The notes under the pieces: model-generated
Seen by the model: the letters and a program-made list of their open reading frames with translations, nothing else
What the model was told of the DNA's origin: nothing
The model's database searches: none
Program-made: the position numbers and the translations under genes
Shown: positions 28,501-39,189 of the stretch, in pieces
Layout of the letters: every line of letters starts with the position of its first letter
Position numbering within the stretch: the stretch's first letter is position 1
From: an uncultured Gemmatimonadales bacterium
GTDB lineage: Bacteria > Gemmatimonadota > Gemmatimonadetes > Longimicrobiales > Gaopeijiaceae
Direction of reading: 5' to 3'
Length of the DNA: 64,000 nt
NCBI GenBank assembly: GCA_963809895.1
Contig: CAWELD010000003.1
Coordinates: 3,264,001 to 3,328,000 of the forward strand

Positions 28501-28773
28501 ATGCGCGCGACGAACGGCTTGCTGATCCTCGGGACTTTGCTCTTCACTGGCGGAGCGGCGTTGGTGCTGACGTCCCTGGGCCACCGCGGAGACCGACGTC
28601 TCCTTCTGGGGATCCTGGGATTCGTCGGGGCGGTCGCTTGCCTGGGCACCGCCGCATGGAGGATCCATCACAGTGTGGACTGGGAGCGGGTGGACGCGGA
28701 GCAGCGGCTCTGGGAGAGTGGCCCGCTCGGCCGGATCTGGCTGAAGATCCGCCAGGCACGGCTGAAGCGGTGA
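28501..28773 (+). CDS. small 2-TM membrane protein
   Basis: GGAGG RBS; two hydrophobic helices. Confidence 0.65.
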   Translation: MRATNGLLILGTLLFTGGAALVLTSLGHRGDRRLLLGILGFVGAVACLGTAAWRIHHSVDWERVDAEQRLWESGPLGRIWLKIRQARLKR

Positions 28774-29886
28774 TCGCGAGCGTGGTCGACGGCGTCCGGA
28801 TGCGAATGGCCGTCATTGCGCTGCTTGCCATTGCCACGATCGCGTGCGAGTCGAGCGACCGGCAGCCTTCGTCGAGCCCCGCGGAATGGGCCTTCGAGGA
28901 CGTGCCCATCCTCTCCATGGGTCGTCCCTTCGAGGATGGCCCGGAGTTCGATCGCATCACCACAGCGGTCCTTCTCTCGGGGGATTCCATCGCGGTAGCC
29001 GATGCCTCGCTCCAGGTGTGGATCCTCACCCCCGACGGCACGCACGTCCGGACCTTCGGTGGGAAAGGAATGGGCCCAGGGGAATTCGCGAGCATCGCCT
29101 GGGTCAACGAATTGTCGCCCGATTCCTTGCTGGTGTTCGACCAAGCCCTGGACCGGCTGTCAGTGTTTACGCGTGAGGGCACCTTCGTCCGTGCCGTCGA
29201 TCCCGACCCGCGGCCGGGATCCCAGCGCCCACCGAGCTTCATAGGGTGTCTTCGCGGATGGTTCGTTACTCGCGGCGGAGCGACTCCTGGCGCCGCCACC
29301 CATCGGCGGCAGCGGTCGCGTGCGACCCGATCTCGTCCTCATGCGCTACGCGAGCGACGGGTCGTTCATCGACTCCCTCACCACCACCCCGGGCGACGAA
29401 TTCGGCATCGTCGATGGGGTGATCGTAAGGTCGCCAGTACTTGAAGCGGACGGCCTTCGCGGTGGGCACGGGGCGATTCCTCGTCACCAACGGTGAACGC
29501 TTCCGGGCCCGAGCCTTCGATCGTGATGGTCAGCTCGTCGACACCCTGGAGGACCCACGGCCCCGAACCGCGCTCTCGCCCGAATCATGGACGCGCTGGG
29601 CATTCAGGGGCCCAAGGTGGACGTCCTCCCCGACAGCTTGCCGGCGACGACCGACGTCCTCATCGATCCTGAGGGAAGGGTGTGGTTGGGCCGCGCCGAC
29701 GCGGTCCCCGTCGATGCCGGACCGTGGGTCGTATTCGCGGCGGACGGCACCCACCTCGCGCGTGTCGGGATGCCCAGCGGATTCAGGCCCACCGCGATTG
29801 GTGACACGACGGTCCTGGGAGTCTGGACCGATGACCTCGGTGTCGAGTCCCTGCGCCTCTATCGGCTGCCCGTTCCAAGGGAGTGA
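28770..29886 (+). CDS. 6-bladed beta-propeller lipoprotein (multiple frameshifts)
   Basis: IAC lipobox and GGKGMGPGEF in frame 28638; TDDLGVESLRLYRL in frame 29587. Confidence 0.75.
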
Positions 29887-30704
29887 ACCACGCCGTGCCC
29901 GCATTCGACGAGAGACCAGAGACACATCCCGGCTCGTCGGGACCGCGCCCCTGGGTGCGCACCGCCCGTTGGCTCGCCGCGGAAACCACGGTGGTCGTGG
30001 TCGGGATCCTCATCGCCATGGCGCTGAATTCGTGGTGGACCCAGCGCCAGGACGACGAGCGAGCTCGATCCTATCTCATCCGCATCGCGGAGGACCTCGA
30101 CCAGGACGCGGACGCCCTCGAGAAGCGGATGGACTACTTCCAGAACGTGCAGGCGTTCGGAGACGGCGCGGCCGCGTACTGGGACTCCGGCACCCTGAGA
30201 AACGGCTCCTATTGGCATACCGTCGTGGCCTTCTTCCAGGCGAGCCAGATCTGGCCCTACGTTTCGACGACCCGGACCTACGACGAGATGCAGAGCGCCG
30301 GGGATCTGCGGTTGATCCGAAGCCCCGATCTGCGCGCTGCCCTCGCCGACTACTACGACGACAGCGAGGTGAGCCAGGGGGGATGGATATTCGGCGTCAT
30401 CCCCGAGTACCGGAACCGCATCCGGAGCATCACGCCCATCGACGTCCAGCGATATCTCTTCGAGTCCTGCGCCGCGCAGGACAGCTACGAGAACCAGGTC
30501 CTCCTCGACTGCGACGCACCCGAAACCATCTCCGAAGACGAGGCTCGGGCGATCCTCGAGCACTACCGCGCGTCTCCGGAGCTCATGGAGGATCTGCGCT
30601 CCTGGATGTCCAATCTCATGGTCACGGACATCATCATGCATCTCACCAGTGATGCGGCACGGAGGCTCGCAGGGCAGGTTCGGGAGGCGGAGGAGGGCGC
30701 CTGA
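29883..30704 (+). CDS. DUF6090-like membrane-anchored helical protein
   Basis: ETTVVVVGILIAMALNSWW; TYDEMQSAGDLRLIRSPDLRAALADYY. Confidence 0.75.
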   Translation: MNHAVPAFDERPETHPGSSGPRPWVRTARWLAAETTVVVVGILIAMALNSWWTQRQDDERARSYLIRIAEDLDQDADALEKRMDYFQNVQAFGDGAAAYWDSGTLRNGSYWHTVVAFFQASQIWPYVSTTRTYDEMQSAGDLRLIRSPDLRAALADYYDDSEVSQGGWIFGVIPEYRNRIRSITPIDVQRYLFESCAAQDSYENQVLLDCDAPETISEDEARAILEHYRASPELMEDLRSWMSNLMVTDIIMHLTSDAARRLAGQVREAEEGA

Positions 30705-30753
30705 AGTCGCGGCGAGGGCTGCAAGTTCCCATTCGGAGTGAGCTGATCACACT

Positions 30754-31434
30754 ATGCGCACCAACGTCTCGGCTTCGCTCAAGAGCGCTGGATTCTGGTC
30801 AGCCGTCCTGGCCACGGTCTTCAGCGTCGGCTACAGCGTGTTGCAGATCGGCGAGTGGTTCGGTCTCCTGGGCTCGGCGGGCGGACCGGAGAGCTCGAGC
30901 ACGCCCCTGGGCATCGCCCTCCTCCTGACGCCGTCTCTCCTCCTCGGCCCGTCCTTTCTGGTTCTCATGGTGAGTGTGCACCAACTCACCGAGCGGCAGC
31001 GGAGAGTGTGGACCCAGGCCGCTGTCGCATTCGCGACCATCTACACCGCGCTGATCGCCATCAACTACTACGTGCAGCTCGCCTGGGTCGCGCCCCGACT
31101 GGCCCGCGGAGCGATCGAGGGGATGGAGCCCTTCCTCTTCACGCCCTTCGACTCGTTTCTCTACGCCGTCGACATTCTCGGATACAGCTTCATGAGCGCC
31201 TCGACGCTCATCGCGGCGGCGGCGTTTCGCCGTCCCGGCCTGGAACGCTTGATCCGGTGGTTCCTGATCGCGAACGGGCTGGTGATGCCGTTCCTCCTCT
31301 TCCAGATGTACGTGCACTGGCTGATCTGGGTCGCCTCGGCCTGGGCGATCACCTTCCCGGCATCGACGTGGTCTCTCGCGGTCTTGTTTTCGAGGCTGGA
31401 GGTCGAGGAAGATGGAGTGCAGGCCCAGGCATAA
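30754..31434 (+). CDS. polytopic membrane protein
   Basis: About 6 hydrophobic segments; SFLYAVDILGYSFMS. Confidence 0.8.
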   Translation: MRTNVSASLKSAGFWSAVLATVFSVGYSVLQIGEWFGLLGSAGGPESSSTPLGIALLLTPSLLLGPSFLVLMVSVHQLTERQRRVWTQAAVAFATIYTALIAINYYVQLAWVAPRLARGAIEGMEPFLFTPFDSFLYAVDILGYSFMSASTLIAAAAFRRPGLERLIRWFLIANGLVMPFLLFQMYVHWLIWVASAWAITFPASTWSLAVLFSRLEVEEDGVQAQA

Positions 31435-31565
31435 GCCTTGTCCGACAGAAAATCGGCGTACAAATTGCGATAGACGGCACCGCCTTCCTGTCCTGGCGGC
31501 TCGCGCCCCCTCCCGCCGTTTCTTCCCATCGCCACGAATGCAACCCGCGACGGAGCAGCACGTCC

Positions 31566-32156
31566 ATGTGGCGCACCCTACGCGGCGATCTGATCCGGGC
31601 TCTCCGTTCGACGTTCAGGAGTCTCGACCTGGTCCTGGCGGTCGTATCCATCGGACTGGGTGGGCGCTTGGCGGCGCGGAGCGGTATCTACCGCGTCTCG
31701 CGAGGGTCCCTCCTGGACGGCCTTCACACGAGTTGGACCGCGCTCTCGGTCCCCTTGCAGCTCGATGTGCGTGTGGCGTCGTCGGGGACGTTGTCCTACC
31801 ACGGCTACGCCGGGCTTTCCCTGGATTCCAAGGGTACGTGTTCGCAAGAGTTCCGATCCGTCGAAGGACGCCGCCGCGACTTTACCGAGGATCTCTGCGG
31901 CTCGCCGGCTGGCAGCTCATCGCTACAAGTCGGCACCCTGATCGGCGCGGGCGTCGAGCTCCGAGGACGGGACGGCGTGACAGCGGTCGGTCGCTTCAGC
32001 TACGAGTTCGGCCTCGAGCCACTCTACGACGGGCCGGCCGGCCAGGACCTCAGGGCCAGCGGCTGGGCCGTGGAATTGGGATTGATGTGGACGATCAGGG
32101 GCGATCGCACGATCGCCTCTACGGTGCGCCAGGTACGCTCGGCCTCGGAACCATGA
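31566..32156 (+). CDS. outer-membrane beta-barrel-like protein (N-terminus apparently missing)
   Basis: Alternating beta-strands: LSVPLQLDV, GAGVEL, RFSYEFGL, AVELGLMW. Confidence 0.45.
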   Translation: MWRTLRGDLIRALRSTFRSLDLVLAVVSIGLGGRLAARSGIYRVSRGSLLDGLHTSWTALSVPLQLDVRVASSGTLSYHGYAGLSLDSKGTCSQEFRSVEGRRRDFTEDLCGSPAGSSSLQVGTLIGAGVELRGRDGVTAVGRFSYEFGLEPLYDGPAGQDLRASGWAVELGLMWTIRGDRTIASTVRQVRSASEP

Positions 32157-32731
32157 GCGTGAAGCACCACGTCCGGCACGGCGGAAGCCGCCTTCGAACA
32201 AGGCATCGTCTCGTTCTGGGGCTCGGCCCGGCGCTACTTCTCGGCTGCGCAACGGTCGATACGGCCCGGGAGGTGGTCGGCGTTCCTGACGAGGCTGGCA
32301 ACCCGCAGCTCCGTGTCGACACGGCCGCAGTGGTGCGTTCGGCCATGACCAGATTTCCCACGGTCAACGGGCCCTTCCTACAGGTGACACCCAGGGTACA
32401 TTGCGGGCGGCGCTCCCATTGTGACTCAGCGGCCGCTGAACCCGTGCTCCGCGCCCTGGCGAGCCAGTGGGGCGCCGAGATCGTCGACGACGATTCCCCA
32501 CTCCCGCGATGCAGGTGGAATGAGGAGCCCTCGGACTCTGCCAAGGGTTTGCGGATCGAGGCGTCCGCGATCCGGCGCTGGGGAGACTATACGGTCATTC
32601 ACATCACGACACGCTGCCTGCCAGATCGGGATGACCCGCTCGGGGGGTTCGTTCACTCCACGACATACAGAGTCGAGCGCGTCGACGGGCGTTGGACCAC
32701 AACCGAGGATCTGTTGACCATCATCAGCTAG
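32153..32731 (+). CDS. hypothetical lipoprotein
   Basis: LLLGC lipobox; ATGA overlap with the upstream ORF. Confidence 0.6.
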   Translation: MSVKHHVRHGGSRLRTRHRLVLGLGPALLLGCATVDTAREVVGVPDEAGNPQLRVDTAAVVRSAMTRFPTVNGPFLQVTPRVHCGRRSHCDSAAAEPVLRALASQWGAEIVDDDSPLPRCRWNEEPSDSAKGLRIEASAIRRWGDYTVIHITTRCLPDRDDPLGGFVHSTTYRVERVDGRWTTTEDLLTIIS

Positions 32732-32758
32732 CTTCCACGCCTTTCCAGGAGTGGGTAT

Positions 32759-33295
32759 ATGGAGCAATCACACGCGTCGACCATCGTCGCAGTGAAGGCC
32801 CGCGACGTCTCGTTCATCGCCGCCGCATGGCTGCTCTCGTTGGGCTTCGACTTCTTTCTCCACGGGGGATTGCTGGCGGGCCTGTACACGCGGGAGAGCC
32901 CATTCCTCCTGCCTGCCATGCAGGCCTTCGCCCGCATCCCGGCGGGCTACCTGACCTTTCTCCTCCTGACGGTCGGGCTGTGGTGGCTGCTGCAGCGCCT
33001 GGATGTCAGCGGCTGGCGTGACGGGGCCCGTCACGGCCTGAGCATCGGCTTCTTCGTATGGGGCACCCTGGCCCTGGGGCTCTGGTCCATCACCACCGCG
33101 ACCGTCGGGCTGCTGGTCGGGTGGACGCTGGGACAGGCGGTCGAGCTCGGACTCGCGGGCATGGTGCTGGGCGCCGGACGTGCCGGCGCCTCCGGACGGC
33201 GGATCTGGAGCCGGGTCGGTCTCGCCGTCTTCCTGTTCCTCGTGGCCACGATCGTGATGCAATCCATCGGGTGGGCCCCGCAGCAGATGGGCTGA
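32759..33295 (+). CDS. membrane protein
   Basis: About 5 TM; FDFFLHGGLLA. Confidence 0.75.
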   Translation: MEQSHASTIVAVKARDVSFIAAAWLLSLGFDFFLHGGLLAGLYTRESPFLLPAMQAFARIPAGYLTFLLLTVGLWWLLQRLDVSGWRDGARHGLSIGFFVWGTLALGLWSITTATVGLLVGWTLGQAVELGLAGMVLGAGRAGASGRRIWSRVGLAVFLFLVATIVMQSIGWAPQQMG

Positions 33296-33329
33296 CGAAG
33301 GGCCGGCGGAGGCGCCCTCCCGGCAGTCC

Positions 33330-34061
33330 TCAACGGCGCACGATGCTGGCCCTGATCAGCCGGTCGAGCTCGGGAAACTCCGCATCCAGATAGGCGTTGC
33401 CCTCGGCGACGATGCGGCTCTGGTCTCCACCGCGGACACCCCCGCCGGAGCTCTCGCCGTATCCGGAATAGAGGGAATCCACCACCTCGTCCATGCCCTC
33501 CACCACCCGTCCGAACGGCGCGAAGCCACCGCTGTCGAGCCGTGTGTTGTCGACCATGTTGATGTAGACCTGGGTCGCGCGGGTGCCGGGCTCGGTGAAG
33601 GCGTACGCGATGGTCCCGCGCACGTTGCTCGCCACCACGGTGTCGTCCGGCATGCCGCGCTCGTACCAGACGGCGTTCACCTCGGGATCCCCCGACACCC
33701 CCCACTGCGTGATGAAGCCGGGCACGACCCGATGAAAGCGCACGTCGTCGTAGTAGCCGGCGCGCACGAGGTTGTAGAAGCGGTCCGCGCCGATGGGGGC
33801 CCATGCACGGACCACCTCGATGAGGAAGGGCCCCCTGGTGGTCTCGACCCGGACCTGGAAGGTGTCGGGCGCCGACTCCGCCCACATGGGATCGCTGGGA
33901 TCCAGGAGGGCGTCGCGACGCGGCTGGTCGGCTGGCGCGCCTCCGCTGCAGGCCATGACGCCGAAGGCGACCCCGACGGCAACCCACAACGACGGCCGCC
34001 GCGCGACGCGGCGTCGCCACGAACGGGGCACACCTCCTGCGCTCCGCGACTGAACGTCCAT
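33330..34061 (-). CDS. cyclophilin-type peptidyl-prolyl isomerase (lipoprotein)
   Basis: WAPIGADRFYNLV, FHRVVPGFITQWG, TQVYIN, FAPFGRVVEGM. Confidence 0.93.
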   Translation of the reverse strand: MDVQSRSAGGVPRSWRRRVARRPSLWVAVGVAFGVMACSGGAPADQPRRDALLDPSDPMWAESAPDTFQVRVETTRGPFLIEVVRAWAPIGADRFYNLVRAGYYDDVRFHRVVPGFITQWGVSGDPEVNAVWYERGMPDDTVVASNVRGTIAYAFTEPGTRATQVYINMVDNTRLDSGGFAPFGRVVEGMDEVVDSLYSGYGESSGGGVRGGDQSRIVAEGNAYLDAEFPELDRLIRASIVRR

Positions 34062-34177
34062 GTGCTCCTCCATCGGCTCGGGACAGACTACCAGGGCCGT
34101 GCCCGTGCGTCGAGCGCGGGCTGAACGGGGACCTCCGTCCCCTCCCCTTCCGGCCCGTCACCGCGTACTGTGCCGGG

Positions 34178-35569
34178 ATGAACAACGCCTCTCTGACCGA
34201 CCGCCTCGCGGCGCTGCCGTCCCTGGCCGCAATCCCCCGGGACCAGCTCCAGTGGCTCGTGGACCACGGTGAGCTGATTCACGACGAGGACGGAGCCACC
34301 TATCGCGCAGTCGGTGAGGGCGAGGTCATCGGGCTCTTTCTGTTGATCTCGGGAAGGTTCTCGGTCCGGGTCGATCAGGGCGAGATCCAGCGTGAAGTCC
34401 GGGAGATCACCCCGGGAGGCATCACCGGCTTCCTGCCCTACTCGCGGATGACCAATCCCCGGGGCTACCTCGTGGCCGACGGTCCGGTGGAATTCCTCCG
34501 CCTGCACCTCGACCAACTCCGCGAGATGACGCGCGAGTGCTACGAGTTCACGGAAGCGTGCGTCCACGAGATGCTCGAGCGGGTCCGAGACTTCAAGGCC
34601 GACGACAAGCGCCAGGAGAAGATGGCCGCGCTCGGCCGGCTCTCGGCCGGCCTGGCCCACGAGCTGAACAATCCCAGCTCCGCGGCGGCCCGCGCCGCCC
34701 GCGAGCTGGATGCGGCCCGGGTCACGTTGGTCGCCGCCGCGCGTGACCTGGGAGCTGCCGGTCTCGACGAGAACGCCCTGGAAGCCGTGGACCGGCTTGC
34801 GGCCGCGGAGCAGTCCGACACGTCGATGTCGCCCCTGGACATGGTGGAGATCGAGGACCGGATCATGGAGTGGCTGGAGGGCCGACAGGTCGACGCGAGC
34901 CTGGCCTATCCGCTCGTCGAATGCGGCCTCGACGTCCCCGATCTCGAGTCGGCAGCTCCGGCGTTCGATGCCGACCAGCTCGACGCGGTCCTCAAGTACC
35001 TGGCCGCCGACCGCGCCGTGCGCTCTCTCACCGCCGCGGTCTCGTCGGCCACCGAGCGCATCCACGCACTGGTGGCGGCGGTGAAGAAGCACACGCACAT
35101 GGACCGGGGCCCCGCCGTCGAGCAGATCCGGCTCGCCGAGCACCTGTCGGACACGCTCACGCTCATGCGCTCGAAGGCATCGCTCAAGGGAGTCGCCCTG
35201 GAGCTGACGGTGGAGCCGGGCCTCCCCCCGGTCGAGGGATCCGTCGCCGATCTCAACCAGGTCTGGATGCACCTGGTCGACAACGCCATCGACGCGGCCA
35301 CGGGCGAGGGCAAGATCACCGTCGATGCACGACGGGAGGACGACACCGTGGTGGTGCGGGTCGTCGACGACGGACCCGGAATCCCCCCTGAGATCCAGGA
35401 GCGCATCTTCGAGCCGTTCTTCACGACCAAGGATGTCGGGCGAAGGACGCGGCCTCGGTCTCGACATCGTGCGCACGGTGGTGCGCAGCCCACCGGGGCA
35501 CGTGTGGAGCTGACGTCGACGCCGGGGCGCACGGAGTTCAGGGTGGCGCTGCCCGTGGGTGGGGCCTGA
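34178..35569 (+). CDS. cNMP-binding-domain sensor histidine kinase
   Basis: EKMAALGRLSAGLAHELNNP, LNQVWMHLVDNAIDA, FEPFFTTK; the GRGLGLDIV G2 box lies in another frame (compensating indels at about 35440-35495). Confidence 0.9.
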   Translation: MNNASLTDRLAALPSLAAIPRDQLQWLVDHGELIHDEDGATYRAVGEGEVIGLFLLISGRFSVRVDQGEIQREVREITPGGITGFLPYSRMTNPRGYLVADGPVEFLRLHLDQLREMTRECYEFTEACVHEMLERVRDFKADDKRQEKMAALGRLSAGLAHELNNPSSAAARAARELDAARVTLVAAARDLGAAGLDENALEAVDRLAAAEQSDTSMSPLDMVEIEDRIMEWLEGRQVDASLAYPLVECGLDVPDLESAAPAFDADQLDAVLKYLAADRAVRSLTAAVSSATERIHALVAAVKKHTHMDRGPAVEQIRLAEHLSDTLTLMRSKASLKGVALELTVEPGLPPVEGSVADLNQVWMHLVDNAIDAATGEGKITVDARREDDTVVVRVVDDGPGIPPEIQERIFEPFFTTKDVGRRTRPRSRHRAHGGAQPTGARVELTSTPGRTEFRVALPVGGA

Positions 35570-35672
35570 CGGGGTCGCGCGCGACTCTGGCGCTGAAGGT
35601 GCGAACGCACGTAAGCTGCGAGAAGGGTCGGATTCTTGATTCTCCTCGCAACGCGTTCCAAGCCGAGACCCA

Positions 35673-36689
35673 ATGTCCAGACGCCTGCTCGTCTCGGGTG
35701 TTCTCTCCTTCCTGGTGACTCTCGTCGGGAGTCCGCGTGCCTCCGCCGCACAAGCCTCCTTCCCCACGGATGTGACCTACGATACCCTCGCCACCGTGGG
35801 CGGCCTGGACGAGACCAATCCCCTGCTGATCTACAACCAGCCTGCGGGGATCCAGATGATTTCCGAGACGGCGGTCGTCTTCGCGGACAACCGCGCAGGC
35901 ATTCTCACCCGGGTGGACCTCGTCACAGGCGAGGGATGGCAAGTGGACGACGAAGGTCGCAATGGTCCGGGGGAGTTCGGAGGTAACATGCCCTTCATCT
36001 CAGAGAGCGGTGGACGCATCTACGCCGTCGCCCAGAGCGGTGAGGGTTCTACGCGCTCCCTGGACGGCGAGCTCCTCGAGACGAGCCTGTACTCGGGGTT
36101 CCACGCGGATTTCGAGATCATGGAACAGCCCGTGGGGATTCTCGATTCTGGAGTCCTCGTGTGTGGCTTCGAACAGCACGCAGACCCGGGCACGATGGAT
36201 CCCCAGGTGCTTCGGAATGGTTTTCGGGCCTACTCGAGAGACGGGGACCTGATCTGGACCTACGACTCCCTTCCGCCATCCCGTATGCAATGGGTACGGC
36301 AGCCGAACGGGTCCCTTGGCGGGAAGAACATTGGCCCCAATGTCGCGATCCGAGGCGATGCCCGACACAACACGGTCGTCATCCGGCAATGGAACCAGCC
36401 CTGGCTGCTGGTGCTGGAACCCGATGGCTCCGTGCGCGGGCGAATCGATTTCGCCTACGACGTGGCGGGCGCTTTCATCGACGGCGACGAGAGGATCTGG
36501 GTCCTGCTCGACGTGGAGAGCGACAGGAAGACGGGCCACTATGTCGTGTTGGACCGTGATCTCAATGAGCTGTTTCGGACCACGGGGCGGGGTATCCAGG
36601 ACGCCAAAGGGGACAACGTTGTCACCTTCAGCTTCGCGCCTGGAGAGCTCTTGCTCGTGAACCTGCTGAAGCGGTCGAGCGGAGGGTAG
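35673..36689 (+). CDS. secreted beta-propeller protein (divergent 6-bladed family)
   Basis: Signal peptide; EGRNGPGEF; FIDGDERIWV. Confidence 0.7.
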   Translation: MSRRLLVSGVLSFLVTLVGSPRASAAQASFPTDVTYDTLATVGGLDETNPLLIYNQPAGIQMISETAVVFADNRAGILTRVDLVTGEGWQVDDEGRNGPGEFGGNMPFISESGGRIYAVAQSGEGSTRSLDGELLETSLYSGFHADFEIMEQPVGILDSGVLVCGFEQHADPGTMDPQVLRNGFRAYSRDGDLIWTYDSLPPSRMQWVRQPNGSLGGKNIGPNVAIRGDARHNTVVIRQWNQPWLLVLEPDGSVRGRIDFAYDVAGAFIDGDERIWVLLDVESDRKTGHYVVLDRDLNELFRTTGRGIQDAKGDNVVTFSFAPGELLLVNLLKRSSGG

Positions 36690-36698
36690 CAGCAGATC

Positions 36699-37900
36699 AT
36701 GCTCGACTCACGTCGCCTGTCCTTCGTGCTGCTCGCGGTCACCTTGCTCATCTTGCCTGCCGCAGCGTCCGCGCAAGGCCGCGTACTCAGAGCACGCGAG
36801 AAGCTGCGGATCGGCAACGACGGATCGGGTCCAGACGCCGTATTCGCGCGACCTCCGGACGCCCGCATCGGCCCCGACGGAAGGCTCTACGTACGCGAGC
36901 TCGGCTACCCGTCCATCCGCGTGTTCTCGGCGTCCGGAGACCTGGTGGCCACGCTGGGTCGTCGCGGGCGAGGGCCGGGGGAGTTCGAGCTCCCCGTCAC
37001 TTCGGTTTCGTTGCCGACAGTCTGTGGGTCACGGACGTGCCGTCGAATCGCGTCACGCTGTTCGATCTGGACGGGGAGCTCGTGCGGACCTTCCAGGCCG
37101 AGGCTCGCTTCGAAGGCTATGGGTCTCCCCGGCCGATCGAAGCGCTGCTGGTTGGCGGGAGTGCGGCGGCAGTCCCATACAACCCCCCGCTCGGGACGAT
37201 CGAACGGGTGTGGGCACCGTTCACGATCGGACCCGTCGAGAGGCCCCGACGCACCGAGGTGTTCGAGGTATCGCGGCCGCCCGGCCTACTCGTGCCGCCC
37301 GTCATGATGCGTGGTGCGCTTCCGTTCCCGATCCCGCCTCTTTTCGCCATCGCGCCCGACGGCAGCCGCATCGACCGAGTCGGTTGGGTGGACGAGGACG
37401 CGAACCACCTCGAGATCAGGTCGTTCGCACCGACCGGAGACGTCGCTCGGGAATTCTCGATCCCCTATCGAGCGCGTCTGACACCCGAGAGCTTTGTGGA
37501 GCGACAGATCGATGCCCTCGTTCCGGGAGTCGAGTCGGCGCTCTCCGAATCCGCGCGACTTCGGGGTGAATCTCGCCCGCGCGGAGTCAGGGAGAGGGTC
37601 CGAGAGGCCGTGGCGGCTCCACGCTTTCTGCCACCGATCGACAAGGCGTTGATCGACGCGGAGGGACGGCTGTGGGTCAGGACGTTTTCGGCCGACCCGA
37701 CGCGACGAAGGTGGACCGTGGTGACGAACGATCGAATCAGCTTCTGCGTCGAAGGTCTGGCCACAGCCGACATTCAGACAGCAAAGGGCGACACGGTGTG
37801 GGCTGTGGAGGTCGACCAATTGGATGTCCCGACGCTCGTGGCGTATGCGTTGGAGGATGTCGATGCGTCGGAAGGCATCGCAGCTTGCGGACTCGATTGA
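36699..37900 (+). CDS. 6-bladed beta-propeller (frameshift near 36995)
   Basis: Signal peptide and GRRGRGPGEF, then frame 37037 with LIDAEGRLWV and VDQLDVPTLVAY. Confidence 0.8.
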
Positions 37901-37910
37901 CAATGCAGCC

Positions 37911-38411
37911 ATGAATCCACTTCCCAGGGGCCCCATGCCCGAAAACACATTCGACCTCGATCTACCAGCCGCCGCCCCTTCCGCTGCGCTCCAACCCTAC
38001 GAGCGGGGACTCCCGGCGTCGGCCACCGTGCGCGCCACCATCGGCCGCTTCCTTCCGGCGAGCCTCGTCAGCCTCGCCTCACTCCTCGCCGTGTTCAGCG
38101 TCCCGGTCTCCACCTCCCTCGTGCACTCGGTGGTGGCCCTGACGAGCGCCGTAGCCGTGGTGGCGGTCGGTTTTGGTCTCGGTCTCGAGGGACTCCGCCG
38201 CTGGCTCTTTCCCGACGCCCGGGTGAGCGGCCGCCGCAGCGTGATCGCGGGTCTGCTCGCGCCCGGCGCGGCCTTCATCGTGACCGTGTTGTGGCCGTCG
38301 CTCGGCACGCTCGGAGGCATCGGCGCCCTGGCCCTGGCGGGTGTCGTCATCGCCGTCGTGATGTTCTTCGCGTGGCTGACCCCAAGGGACGAAGCCGGCG
38401 AGCCGAGCTGA
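37911..38411 (+). CDS. membrane protein (4 TM)
   Basis: Hydrophobic segments. Confidence 0.7.
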   Translation: MNPLPRGPMPENTFDLDLPAAAPSAALQPYERGLPASATVRATIGRFLPASLVSLASLLAVFSVPVSTSLVHSVVALTSAVAVVAVGFGLGLEGLRRWLFPDARVSGRRSVIAGLLAPGAAFIVTVLWPSLGTLGGIGALALAGVVIAVVMFFAWLTPRDEAGEPS

Positions 38412-38470
38412 ACGGCGATGCCGATTCCTACAAGCGAGCCGCGGCGGTGCCCGACATATTGTCTCCAGTC

Positions 38471-39189
38471 ATGCCTGTGACCAGGGGGACCCCCTGTCGG
38501 AAACTCGCGACCACCCGCTCCGCAGCCGTCTCTTGGAGAGTGGCCTCATCGTGGGCAGCATTCTCCTCGCCCTCTTCCTCGACGCGGCGTGGGACTACCG
38601 CACGGACCGGGTCCAGGAAGCCGAGTACATCGAAGGGCTCCGCGAGGAATTCCAGGCCAATCAGAGAGAGTTGAGCGTGGACGCCGCTCGCCGAGACGAG
38701 ATGGCCACACTCACGGCCCGAGCCCTTCTGGCCACGGAGACCGGTGGGCCGGCGCTGGAAGCGGATTCCGCCCGCCTCGTGATCGGTGCGCTGCTCGACT
38801 ACCGGTTCTACTCGCCTAGTGAGGCCGTGCTCAACGACCTCATCTCGTCCGGGAGCCTGAGCATCCTGCGCTCCGCCGAACTGCGCCGAGCCCTCATGCA
38901 ATACCTGCAGGAATGCGAACGGCTGCGGGTCGCCGAAGAGCGGGAGCGCGATTTCGCCGCCGGTGCGCTGGAGCCCTATCTGGTGGACCATCTCACGCTG
39001 AGCCAGGCTCCAGCCGCCGCGTCAGGAATCGGACCCGCGCTCAACGTCACAGAGCTCCCGGCCCTGTGGCGCGACTCGTCGTTCCGCTCGCTGGTCGTGC
39101 TTCGACAGAACCGCAGCGGAACGGTGAGCCGATTCTCGCAGGGGGTGACGGGGCAGGTCGAGCGGGTATTGGAGGCGCTGGGAGAATGA
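38471..39189 (+). CDS. DUF6090-like helical protein (N-terminal indel near 38530)
   Basis: ESGLIVGSILLALFLDAAW; LISSGSLSILRSAELRRAL; resembles 29883-30704. Confidence 0.7.
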
